A DNA stretch of 64,000 bases from an uncultured bacterium (GTDB lineage: Bacteria; Patescibacteriota; Saccharimonadia; UBA4664), in assembly GCA_963720265.1 (NCBI GenBank), contig CAVRET010000001.1, positions 69,916 through 133,915 of the forward strand, written 5' to 3'. The position numbers were made by a program, and so were the translations under genes. Each line of letters starts with the position of its first letter. Position 1 is the stretch's first letter. Below the pieces are notes generated by a model. It did no database searches, was not told the DNA's origin, and saw only the letters and a list, made by a program, of their open reading frames with translations. Of this stretch, positions 29,046-37,736 are shown piece after piece.

Positions 29046-29336
29046 TCAGGCCGCCTGGATGCCCGAAACCAACGTGAGCCGGGCGGTGACAGTGCTGTTG
29101 TCGGCCATGAATCGCCGAACAGCCGACTCCGGAATGCGGATATTGCATCCGATACGGATATTGCATCCGATGCTGTAATGCCCGATCTCGCGCCTTGCGC
29201 ACAGGCGGTGGACCGTCGTGGCGCTGACACGCAAAAACGCGGCTAGCTCGTCAGATGTCCACAGGGGCCCGATCGTGTCAACGGTGTGCTCGTCCATTTC
29301 TCCCGCTGTGAGCAGGTGCTCATTGTCGCCGTCCAT
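29046..29336 (-). CDS. MerR/excisionase-type (HTH_17, BldC-like) DNA-binding protein
   Basis: LWTSDELAAFLRVSATTVHRL....I....IG..IRIPESAVRRF; internal 18-nt duplication. Confidence 0.8.
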   Translation of the reverse strand: MDGDNEHLLTAGEMDEHTVDTIGPLWTSDELAAFLRVSATTVHRLCARREIGHYSIGCNIRIGCNIRIPESAVRRFMADNSTVTARLTLVSGIQAA

Positions 29337-29482
29337 GCGTTGCCTCTTCCTGATCTTGGCCGTGCGGCCTGATGTGAAGCGCAGGCCAAGCCGGCCCAGC
29401 CTTCGAGGAGGGTTTCCTCATTTATTACCTTGGCACAGATACGAATCGTGTCAATGCTTGAGTGCCAGATGGTGCTCGTAGA

Positions 29483-29563
29483 ATTTGTCACACAGCCGGT
29501 TGGCGGCTCAACGCCGGCGGCGCGGAAGCCAGCCAGTTTCCAAGCTAATTCCGAGTGTGTCAT
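29483..29563 (-). pseudogene. Diverged 5' fragment duplicate of gene 28601-28906
   Basis: MTHSELAWKLAGFRAAGVEPPTGCVTN versus ASELAWRLADFEANGVEPPARCVSN; similarity then ends. Confidence 0.75.
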
Positions 29564-29630
29564 GCGGGTATTGTAACGAATGATTTGTGGCAGCTGGCGC
29601 GCGGGATGGGTTGCGGCCCATCCCGCGGCG

Positions 29631-30188
29631 TCAACGTTGGGCTCGCTCGGCGGCGAGCTCCCGGATGTAGCTTTCCGAAAAGCGTGGGTCACCTTGCTGA
29701 ACGACCCCAGTTGTTGGAAGACGTATCGCAGTTATCCTCCTCTTGCCCAGGGCAATGAAGACTGCGTACGGTGTGATGCCCAGAATTTCGGCGGCCTCTT
29801 TAAGGGTTAGAAGCCGTTTCAGCCGTCCCTCCTCCTGGCCGATTAGTTGCCGAATGTGGTACTCCGGGAAGCGCCATACCGTTCTTGGCGAGGATGTGGC
29901 CTTAACGGCCACTAGCAGTCCCTCAGACGCGAATCGCCTGACGGTCTGCGGGTTGATCCTCATCAAGTCAGCGACTTCTTCAGCAAACAGGATTCGCTCG
30001 TACATGAGCGAGCATCCTGCCGGTAGTCGCAGTACGGCTCTGATCATGTCTTCAGTTGTGCGGCCCTGTTCGCGGTCGGCGGCGGTCCGGGCCAATAGGC
30101 CGCCGGTTGCGAGCATTTGCCGACCAATCGACTGCCCGACACGAAAGATTAGGCAGACCTTTTGTAGGTCGTGGTTAGGTCGGGGCAT
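29631..30188 (-). CDS. Protein of three tandem BldC/MerR-like HTH domains (first degenerate)
   Basis: LQKVCLIFRV.., LFAEEVADLMRINPQTVRRF...WRFPE, LLTLKEAAEILGI...RFSESYIREL; TGATG-coupled to the upstream gene. Confidence 0.8.
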   Translation of the reverse strand: MPRPNHDLQKVCLIFRVGQSIGRQMLATGGLLARTAADREQGRTTEDMIRAVLRLPAGCSLMYERILFAEEVADLMRINPQTVRRFASEGLLVAVKATSSPRTVWRFPEYHIRQLIGQEEGRLKRLLTLKEAAEILGITPYAVFIALGKRRITAIRLPTTGVVQQGDPRFSESYIRELAAERAQR

Positions 30189-30757
30189 CACTCTCCCCTC
30201 GTGGCTCGGAGGAGCCTCATGGTTCGAAGCAGCGCTTCTACGGAACTGGTGCGGAACAACCTGCTCCGACCGCTCGGCGTTCGGATTGACTCAAGCTTGC
30301 CGGTTCTACCCCACAGGTTGACGGTTTCCTTGCTACGGCCCAGTCGGTGGGACGTTTCACTGGCGGTCATGAAAGGATCGTCGAAGAGATCGCCATACGG
30401 TTGTCCGATGTATACTCGCACGAGCCGTTCATTGGCTAGATGGTCTCCGCCCGGTGTTCGGACAGCGCCGAACAGTCCCTCGTCGCACCATCTAGCGGCA
30501 GTGGTGATGTCTACCCTGAATAGCTGGTGGAGCTCGTTGGTAGTGAGCCAAGCCAGCTCCATCTCCTCGTTTTCGCGCAGCCTGAGGTGTCGGCGGAGGA
30601 CGCTTTCGCGGAACAGGCGGCCTCGACCACTGACGAATTCCGACTCGATGAGCCCTGCGGTGATCCACCGGTGAACGGTGGTGTTCGTGTCCACCCGGAA
30701 TAGCCGTGCGACTTCCCTTATGCGGTAGTAGGTTACGCCCCCAATGCGTGTGGGCAT
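30188..30757 (-). CDS. Protein of three tandem BldC-like HTH domains
   Basis: IREVARLFRVD..TVHRW..LFRES; LTTNELHQLFRVDITTAARW..VRTPGG; MTASE..LG.S.ETV..W...GKLESIRTPSG..RLFR.S.VEALL; GGAAGGG SD. Confidence 0.85.
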   Translation of the reverse strand: MPTRIGGVTYYRIREVARLFRVDTNTTVHRWITAGLIESEFVSGRGRLFRESVLRRHLRLRENEEMELAWLTTNELHQLFRVDITTAARWCDEGLFGAVRTPGGDHLANERLVRVYIGQPYGDLFDDPFMTASETSHRLGRSKETVNLWGRTGKLESIRTPSGRSRLFRTSSVEALLRTMRLLRATRGE

Positions 30758-30933
30758 GGCGCTCGTCCCTTCCAGTAGGTACCGCTTATACCACGATGAT
30801 AGATTGCAAATTTTATAGATTGATGTCAATACATGTGTATGGCGTTAGTTGGCAAGCCAGGGGCGACGCGGGTGCGCCGTCCCTGGCTTCCGGCATCGGG
30901 TTGGTGGCCAGCGGCTCCGTATGGCCGGCCCGG

Positions 30934-31182
30934 TTACGGCCGATGACCGTTTGGACCTTGAGCATCCGGGCCTGGCCCATCGCCTCGGAGCAGGGCGCGA
31001 ATTTCACCTTCGCGGAACCGGCGGTGACCGCCGGGCGTCCGTATTGAGGTGATGCGGCCGGAAGCCGCCCAGCGCGTGACGGTCTTAGGGTCAACCCTGA
31101 ACAGCGCGGCTACTTCGCCGGGTGTAAGCAGGTGCTCGTCGTTTCCAGTGAGGATGCCCCCGCCTGTCGTGACTTCAGACAT
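30934..31182 (-). CDS. bldC: BldC-family transcriptional regulator (near-canonical)
   Basis: LLTPGEVAALFRVDPKTVTRWAASGRITSIRTPGGHRRFREGEIRALL matches the actinobacterial BldC signature; GAGAGGTGA SD. Confidence 0.9.
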   Translation of the reverse strand: MSEVTTGGGILTGNDEHLLTPGEVAALFRVDPKTVTRWAASGRITSIRTPGGHRRFREGEIRALLRGDGPGPDAQGPNGHRP

Positions 31183-31293
31183 CGTTCACCTCTCTTTCGG
31201 CCAACTGGCCTTGCGGGAACTGTGGCCAGATATGGCCCTGATGAGTGGTTACCTCTCTTACTGTGTCACAGTTGATGAACGCGTCAAGGCTCG

Positions 31294-31848
31294 TTACGAG
31301 GGCTGTGACCTTTGGATGGCCTCGACCTCAGAGGTGCGGAATCGGCGCGTGCCCTGGCCTCCGGTTGGCGTGTGGATCACCGTGAGCTTCCTCTTGGCGA
31401 CGAGCCTGTTAACCCCGTTCTTGTTGATACCTAGGCGGTCTATGACCGTCCGAATGCTCACCAGGGGGTCATCAGCGAGGGGGCCCGTGGGATTGCCCAT
31501 GACCTGCCGGATTGTGGATTCGCGGAATCTGAGCTTGCCGCACCTTACGGCAGGGGTGCGGACGTGCGGCAAGCCGCTCTCTCGTACCCATCGGCCGATT
31601 GTGCGGCCGTTAATGTCGAGCAGCACCGTGATTTCATTGGGTTTGAGGAGTCCGTCTGCGAAGAGATCACCTCCTAGCTGGTCCAGGTAGGTTCTGATCT
31701 CGGCTTCCGGGATGCCTTTCCCTCCCTCTGGAGTCTCTGCGGTGGTGAAGAGGCTGTCATCGATCCAGGTGGGGACGGTATTTGGCGAGACGCGAAAAAG
31801 TTTGGCCACGTCATCTATGGGCATTACCGTCTGGGTTGGGGTTGTCAA
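31294..31848 (-). CDS. Protein of three tandem BldC-like HTH domains
   Basis: DVAKLFRVSPNTVPTW..ETPEGG..IPEAEIR; LLKPNEI..TIGRW..VRTP..RFRES; ..IHTPTGG..RRFRTSEVEAI. Confidence 0.85.
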   Translation of the reverse strand: MTTPTQTVMPIDDVAKLFRVSPNTVPTWIDDSLFTTAETPEGGKGIPEAEIRTYLDQLGGDLFADGLLKPNEITVLLDINGRTIGRWVRESGLPHVRTPAVRCGKLRFRESTIRQVMGNPTGPLADDPLVSIRTVIDRLGINKNGVNRLVAKRKLTVIHTPTGGQGTRRFRTSEVEAIQRSQPS

Positions 31849-31919
31849 AGCGATGCCTTTCTCTCGGGCGTGCTGGACTGTTTTCCCGACCCAGACTTTG
31901 ATATATCAGGCGAGAATTG

Positions 31920-32633
31920 TCAACTTTTGAGCATAGCTTGGCCAAGATGGTGTTCATAGAATCCATCACATAGCGCCAGGGTAGATTCAGCCAGGCTTGG
32001 CGCGCCGCTAATGCGGGCGATTGTGGCGTAGGGATAGTCGCAGAGCAGGCGCCAGAGCTTGATGGCTTCGGTGCTAATGGGCTGCCCAGCGGCCGTAGCG
32101 TCGGCGGCGCACACGAGCCCGCCGCGAGCGGCGTCAAAGACGTAGGCGGTTGGTGCGTTGATGCCGCAGATGAGACAGCGGCCGAGTTCCGGCCGGTAGC
32201 CGATGAGGTTCAGGAGGCGGAGTTTAAACCAGAGTTCGGTGAGCTCACCGCCGGCGCCGTTGTTTACGACTCCCAATGCTTCGGCGAGATGGGCAAATAA
32301 TTCCGGCTGGGGCGTCTGCTCCGGTGCGGTGCGGTCAATGAGCCGGGCAAACAAATAGGCTAGATTCACCTGCTCGTAGGAACTCGTAAGCTCATGCGGA
32401 TACCATCGTAGGCGCGCTGACGTAATAACATCGAGGTTGCGGCCGGTGGCGAGTGAAAGTTGAGTATTGGCAAACAGCTCAAGGTGGCCGCCGAGGCGGC
32501 TCTTAATTTTGCGCACGCCTTTAGCCACGGCACTGAGCTTGCCGTGCTCGGGTGTGAGCAGGCGGATAATGCGGTCAGCCTCGCCAAAATTAGTGCGGCC
32601 AATAACGATGCCTTCGGTTTGATAAGTAGGCAT
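31920..32633 (-). CDS. recO: DNA repair protein RecO
   Basis: GEADRII.LLT..HGK..AVAKGVRK.KS, GYRPEL..CxxC Zn finger. Confidence 0.95.
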   Translation of the reverse strand: MPTYQTEGIVIGRTNFGEADRIIRLLTPEHGKLSAVAKGVRKIKSRLGGHLELFANTQLSLATGRNLDVITSARLRWYPHELTSSYEQVNLAYLFARLIDRTAPEQTPQPELFAHLAEALGVVNNGAGGELTELWFKLRLLNLIGYRPELGRCLICGINAPTAYVFDAARGGLVCAADATAAGQPISTEAIKLWRLLCDYPYATIARISGAPSLAESTLALCDGFYEHHLGQAMLKS

Positions 32634-32660
32634 AATTTAATTATAGATGCCTGACCGGAG

Positions 32661-33062
32661 CTATTTCGCGGCGGATTTACCGCCGGAACTTCTGAGCACT
32701 TTCACGGCTTTTTGCACGACTTCGTCCGGCGTATGGTGGCTTTTTATGAGGTAATCGTTGACACCTAAGGCCTTGGCCAGCTCTTGGTTCATGTCAACTT
32801 CGGCCTGGCCCAAGTTGGTCAGCAGAATGATTGGGATTTGGCGCAGCTCGGGTTGTTTCTTGATCTCTTTAAGCACATGAAAGCCGTTTAGCTTGGGCAT
32901 CAGGATATCGAGCAGAATAAGCTCCGGCCTATAGGTTTTGAGGAGCGCTAGGCACTCCTCGCCATTAGTGGAAACGCGTACTTCGTGGCCTTCGAGCTCA
33001 AACTTGGCTTGGTACATCTCGACCAAAATGGTGTCGTCTTCAACAAGTAAAATCTTGGACAT
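32661..33062 (-). CDS. Stand-alone response regulator receiver (CheY-like)
   Basis: ILLVEDD, LILLDILMP..NG, LTN, YLIKS. Confidence 0.92.
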   Translation of the reverse strand: MSKILLVEDDTILVEMYQAKFELEGHEVRVSTNGEECLALLKTYRPELILLDILMPKLNGFHVLKEIKKQPELRQIPIILLTNLGQAEVDMNQELAKALGVNDYLIKSHHTPDEVVQKAVKVLRSSGGKSAAK

Positions 33063-33123
33063 TAACTTCTCCCATGTCTCATGTTATCAGATCGGTGCAA
33101 GGCTATGCTAGCACCGATGTAGG

Positions 33124-36100
33124 TTACTCTAGTAGCGGTAATTGTTTGGCTATGGGGAGCGAAAAATGGAATTTCGATCCCTTGCCCTCACCCGATGTCA
33201 CCCAGATGCGGCCGCCGTGTGATTCAACCAGGTTTTTGACAATGTAGAGGCCCAAACCCGTGCCGCCGGCTTGGATTGATAGCGGATTGAAAATGCGCCC
33301 GAATTTAGTGAACAGGCGGTTGATTTGATGCTTGGAAATGCCGACGCCGTGATCCGAAATGATAGTGATGAGGTTGTCGCCCTGGATTTTGAAGTCAATG
33401 TCAACCTCGGTGTCGGGGTGTGAGTATTTGATGGCGTTGTCGACGAGGTTGAGCACGATCTGATGGAGCCGGGTTTCGTCGGCCAGAACCAGTGGCAGGC
33501 GCTGGCGACGGCGAACATTGAGCATCACCTGTCCGGCTGCTCCCTTTCCGGCCAGTTCGGACACGACCTCGGAAATAACATTTTCCATGGCAACCGGGCC
33601 GATATTAAGGTTAATTTTACCCGATTCAATATAGGTAGCGTCCATCAGATCTTCGACCAGGTCGATCATGCGCTGATTGGATTGATAAACGCGGCTTAGA
33701 TAGTGGTACTGTTTTTCGGAGAGGGCGCCGAAATCGGACTTGAGCGTCATGGAGAGAAAGCCCTTGATGGCGGTGAGCGGCGTGCGGAGTTCGTGCGAGA
33801 CGATTGAGATGAAATCGCTCTTAATCTCTTCCACCTCGCGATCGCGGGTAGTGTTGCGAATAATGGCGAGCCCTGAGGTAACGCGGCCGGCGTCATCGAA
33901 GATTGGTGAGTAGCTGATCTCGGTCCAGACCTTGCTGCCGGAGCTGTTTTCGAGCAGTTGCTCGTTTTTGGCGATGGTGACTCCTTCTGCAAGCACTCGC
34001 TGGAGCGCCGACATGGCGCCCTGGGCACCGGTTTCGCCGACAGTTCTAACGATGCGGCCGAACGGCTGGCCGAGTGCCTCAGTAGCATGGAACTGCGTGA
34101 TTTCAGTAGCAGCCGGATTGAAGCCAACGATGATACCTGAGCGGTCAAAGATAATAATGCCTTCATCAGTGAAGCGAAAGACGGCTTCCCAGCGCTCGCG
34201 GCGCGCGTTGACGTCGTGGTAGAGGTTGGCGTTTTCGATCAGGACGGCCAGCCTGGTACCGACGAGCTGGGCCAACTTGGCCTCATGGTCGGTCAGCGGG
34301 CGGTCAGGTCGGCCCACGAGTAGGACGCCCAGCGTCTTGGAGTGGTGCGTGATCGGCAGGGCCAGCTGGTGAAGGCTTGAGCCACTGCCGGGACTTGAGG
34401 TGGTGGCCCGGCGGCCGGCAAAGGCGACGGCCACCGGGTGCTCGGTGCCGAGCTCGAGTGCGGGCAGATCGGTGGGGCCGGGGCTGAGCGCATCATGGCG
34501 TTCGAGTCGCTGCTTACCGGCGTTGTACAGATAGATGGCGACCGACGGTACGCCTAAGAGCCCGGCCGTCTTGGTGAGGTACTTCTTGTAAATATTGGCC
34601 ATGTTGAACCCGACGATGCCGGATAACTCGGCCAGGCCCGAAAGCTCTCGCAAGTGCCGCTGGGCCTTGGCCGCCATTTCGTTGGCCTCAACGGTTTTTT
34701 CAATAAGCGGGGTAATATCTCTGGCAACCGCGACCGCACCGGTGACGCGCTCGCCGACAATGATCGGACTGATGTTGACTTGAAGATGGCGGCCGGTGCT
34801 GCGGCTGTGGCCGTAGCAAATGCAGCGCTTACCGCGCAGAACCTCGTCTACCATTTCCGGCATATCGGCGTCGAAAGTGAAGTCGCTTTGATTGCCGATA
34901 ATGCTAAAGAATGGCCGGCCGGAGGTGTCATCAGGGCAGTTGAATAGGCGATTCCATTCAGCATTCTGCTCAACTGTACGGCCCTCGGTGTCGACCATGA
35001 TGAGGCCGTCGGCGATGCTATTTTGGATTGAACGAAGCTTGTCTTTTTCCTGATACAGAGACGTGATGTCACGGATATTGATCAGTACGCCCACGAGCCC
35101 GCCTTTGCTATCGCGGTAAGGCGCGTAGACCGCTTCAAAATAGCTCGGCTCGGCTCGGTCCGGCTCGATCGAGAAGCCGGTGGAAGCCAGGTGGCCGTCA
35201 AGTGCGCTGGAAATAGCGGCCTGGACGGCCTTACGGTCGAGCTTGAGGCCCGGTACTGACAGCTGCGTGCCGGGGGGAAATTTGTGCTGGAGCTGGGTCG
35301 CTTTGAGGCCCAAAAGTCCGCCGACAGCGGCGTTGTAGTAGCGCAAGCGGCGTTCGAGATCGAGCACTAGCAGGCCGTCACGCATGAGGTTGCGGGTTTG
35401 CTCGATTTCGTTGGTCACCTTGAGCATGCTGTCGTGCAGATTGGCGTTGGCAAAGGCAATACCCGCCTGCTCGGCCAAGCTTTGGCTGAAGCGCAATTCG
35501 GAATAATCAAACTGGCGCGGTCGTTTGGAGATGAGCGCCAGCGCTCCAACCGGCTGGCCGCCGGAAAAGATGGGCGCCAGTAGCACCGACTTGATCCCCT
35601 CTTTGGCCACTAGCTCGGGATCGCCGGTCAGCGGTGCGGTAGAGGTATCGTTGATTTGAACCGGTTTGGCGCTGGTGAGCAGCTTGCGTACAATATTTGA
35701 CCGGGCCGTTGCCCTCACACTAGCAATATATTCGTCAGATAGCCCAATGGCTTGGTCAATGTAAAACTCGAGCTGCGACTTTTCGGGATGCGCCAGCGCC
35801 AGCGCTACCGCCTCCACCTGGAAGAGCTTTTTGGCATGCCGGAGCAGAGTTGAGCCGACTTGGTCGAAATCGAGCGACCGTGTAATGGCCTGTGTAATTC
35901 GTTGTAAGGCCATGGTTTGGGCGAGATTGGTTTTGACCTCGTGGGATAGTCGGAGTCGCCATAGCGTACTGGCGGCAGTGCGGAGGATGAGGTCAATCGT
36001 GACTGCCAGTTCTGAACCGGCGGCTGGCGCGCTCCATAGCCCGACACCACCAAGTTTGTGCTCAGGCGTAACTAGGAGTTGCAATATCGGTGGTTCGGCA

Positions 36101-36429
36101 TGCAGCCGCCGGCTGGCGGTACGTACATCCGGCCTGGCCGCCCAGGAGGCGATATCCGGCTCCAGCGATTCCTCGGCCGATAGCAGCGGATAGGTTAGCT
36201 TGCCACGGAGTTCAGTTGGCAACATATGCTCTTCGATGACGTCGTGGCCGCCGGTCGGACCCCAGATGAACGCCACTACCAGTTGTCCGGTCAATTTGGC
36301 CAATGTGCTAGTAAGCAAATTCAGCAGGCGGCTGGGAGTTTCGACTTTGGCAACAGCGGTTAACCAGTCATCGAGACTGGTAAGTGCCGGAGTTACCGTT
36401 TCAATCAGCTCCGCATTGGGTTCCGCCAT
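33124..36429 (-). CDS. Cytoplasmic multi-GAF/PAS sensor histidine kinase
   Basis: GAF and PAS repeats, H-box SHELRTPLT, N-box NLVDNAIKYS, DHGVG, GGTGLGL. Confidence 0.93.
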   Translation of the reverse strand: MAEPNAELIETVTPALTSLDDWLTAVAKVETPSRLLNLLTSTLAKLTGQLVVAFIWGPTGGHDVIEEHMLPTELRGKLTYPLLSAEESLEPDIASWAARPDVRTASRRLHAEPPILQLLVTPEHKLGGVGLWSAPAAGSELAVTIDLILRTAASTLWRLRLSHEVKTNLAQTMALQRITQAITRSLDFDQVGSTLLRHAKKLFQVEAVALALAHPEKSQLEFYIDQAIGLSDEYIASVRATARSNIVRKLLTSAKPVQINDTSTAPLTGDPELVAKEGIKSVLLAPIFSGGQPVGALALISKRPRQFDYSELRFSQSLAEQAGIAFANANLHDSMLKVTNEIEQTRNLMRDGLLVLDLERRLRYYNAAVGGLLGLKATQLQHKFPPGTQLSVPGLKLDRKAVQAAISSALDGHLASTGFSIEPDRAEPSYFEAVYAPYRDSKGGLVGVLINIRDITSLYQEKDKLRSIQNSIADGLIMVDTEGRTVEQNAEWNRLFNCPDDTSGRPFFSIIGNQSDFTFDADMPEMVDEVLRGKRCICYGHSRSTGRHLQVNISPIIVGERVTGAVAVARDITPLIEKTVEANEMAAKAQRHLRELSGLAELSGIVGFNMANIYKKYLTKTAGLLGVPSVAIYLYNAGKQRLERHDALSPGPTDLPALELGTEHPVAVAFAGRRATTSSPGSGSSLHQLALPITHHSKTLGVLLVGRPDRPLTDHEAKLAQLVGTRLAVLIENANLYHDVNARRERWEAVFRFTDEGIIIFDRSGIIVGFNPAATEITQFHATEALGQPFGRIVRTVGETGAQGAMSALQRVLAEGVTIAKNEQLLENSSGSKVWTEISYSPIFDDAGRVTSGLAIIRNTTRDREVEEIKSDFISIVSHELRTPLTAIKGFLSMTLKSDFGALSEKQYHYLSRVYQSNQRMIDLVEDLMDATYIESGKINLNIGPVAMENVISEVVSELAGKGAAGQVMLNVRRRQRLPLVLADETRLHQIVLNLVDNAIKYSHPDTEVDIDFKIQGDNLITIISDHGVGISKHQINRLFTKFGRIFNPLSIQAGGTGLGLYIVKNLVESHGGRIWVTSGEGKGSKFHFSLPIAKQLPLLE

Positions 36430-36514
36430 GCCGATTCTCGCACCGCCTTTCTGTCATTAACGGTAGCATTCGGCGGCATGCTGACTCAAGCATGAGACGG
36501 ATGTGGGTCTTGGG

Positions 36515-37201
36515 CTATGGATTGATTTTGGCTTGCGCGAGGATTTCGTCAAATTGAGTTGCGTAGGTACTATTTTCGTTATCAAATACCAGCACCTTGT
36601 CGCGTACCGGCACGACCACTTCGCGGACGCTACGCTGATTGGGAAATTGGCCGGTGAAATTGTAGGCCGGCTGGCCGTCAACCGTGAGGCTGCTTTGCTT
36701 CATGGTACCTTCGCTAATCTCGCCGGAGTAATTGCTAATAAATTGCGTCCCAGTTTCCTCTTGGAGTGTGACTTTGGTAGCTGCGAGCCCCGGAATTTCG
36801 TTGGTAACCGTAACCGAGCCTGGGTTCACAATGAGGGTGACCTGGGTGCCGGCTTGCTCTTCGTCAACCCATGACGCCCAATCTTTGGGATACTTGATGA
36901 CAAATGAGCCATAGGCGTCGGGTGCGACAAATTGGCTAAACGGCGACTCATTGGCAATAGAATCGGCGAGCGCATCCTTGGTTTTTTGGTCAGCCGCTCC
37001 GGCAACGGCGGCCGTCGTCTTCTGTTGGCCTAGGGTTTTGGTGGCGGTAGTTGCATCGTTGTAGAAATGGAGGCTCAGGTATGCAAAAATGCCCATGCCA
37101 ACGAATAACACAAACACGAGTGCGAGCATAAGCGGACCGCCGAGCAAACTGGAATTGCCCGTTGGGCCTGACGGCGCAGTAGGTACCGGCGAATCGTACA
37201 T
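36515..37201 (-). CDS. Membrane-anchored hypothetical protein (PsbP-like extracellular fold possible)
   Basis: N-terminal TM, F.IKYPKDW motif, TVDGQPA. Confidence 0.65.
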   Translation of the reverse strand: MYDSPVPTAPSGPTGNSSLLGGPLMLALVFVLFVGMGIFAYLSLHFYNDATTATKTLGQQKTTAAVAGAADQKTKDALADSIANESPFSQFVAPDAYGSFVIKYPKDWASWVDEEQAGTQVTLIVNPGSVTVTNEIPGLAATKVTLQEETGTQFISNYSGEISEGTMKQSSLTVDGQPAYNFTGQFPNQRSVREVVVPVRDKVLVFDNENSTYATQFDEILAQAKINP

Positions 37202-37241
37202 GTTAGTGCTTATGCTAACGCGGGGCCGGATAGATTACAAG

Positions 37242-37736
37242 CTAAGGCTGCCGGCCATATTCGTAGACGTAGGTGTTGCGGGTGCGACGGACCGGCTTCT
37301 TGCCTGGGAGCTCAAAGACATATGACACAACTGTCGTCGGCTGCGTCAGTTCGGCTTCAAATTTGCGCGTGAGTCGGGCGGTGTGACGGTCGAGGATAAA
37401 AACATATACAGCATCGGCCGGCGGCAGCTTGGTGTGCCAGAAATCGGCGGTGTGAATGGTGACGAGCTTTCGGTAGCGCCAGCAGACAATGCGCGAAATG
37501 AATACAAGGAAGGGATTGACCTCGTAACCGATGCCGCGAATACCGCGGCCGGCGGCAGTACGAAGCAAGCGACCGTCGCCGGATCCGAGGTCGACGAGGG
37601 TTTGGCCCGGTTTTAGCTCCGCCAGGTCGAGGGCCTTCTTGCGGTCGCGCACGAGAATCGGTACGTAGGGTGCACCAATAATGCCGCCGATGGCGAACGG
37701 CAATGTGACGGCCAGGAGGATGAGTGTGATAAGCAT
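37242..37736 (-). CDS. Class I SAM-dependent methyltransferase with N-terminal TM (FAM173-like)
   Basis: GAPYVP, VDLGSGDGR, GYEVNP, VVSYVF. Confidence 0.85.
   Translation of the reverse strand: MLITLILLAVTLPFAIGGIIGAPYVPILVRDRKKALDLAELKPGQTLVDLGSGDGRLLRTAAGRGIRGIGYEVNPFLVFISRIVCWRYRKLVTIHTADFWHTKLPPADAVYVFILDRHTARLTRKFEAELTQPTTVVSYVFELPGKKPVRRTRNTYVYEYGRQP

Noticed and set aside
29046-31848. Prophage or ICE remnant suggested by excisionase-like HTH genes
   Set aside because: No integrase, tRNA att site, replication or structural genes nearby; sequences match BldC better than Xis
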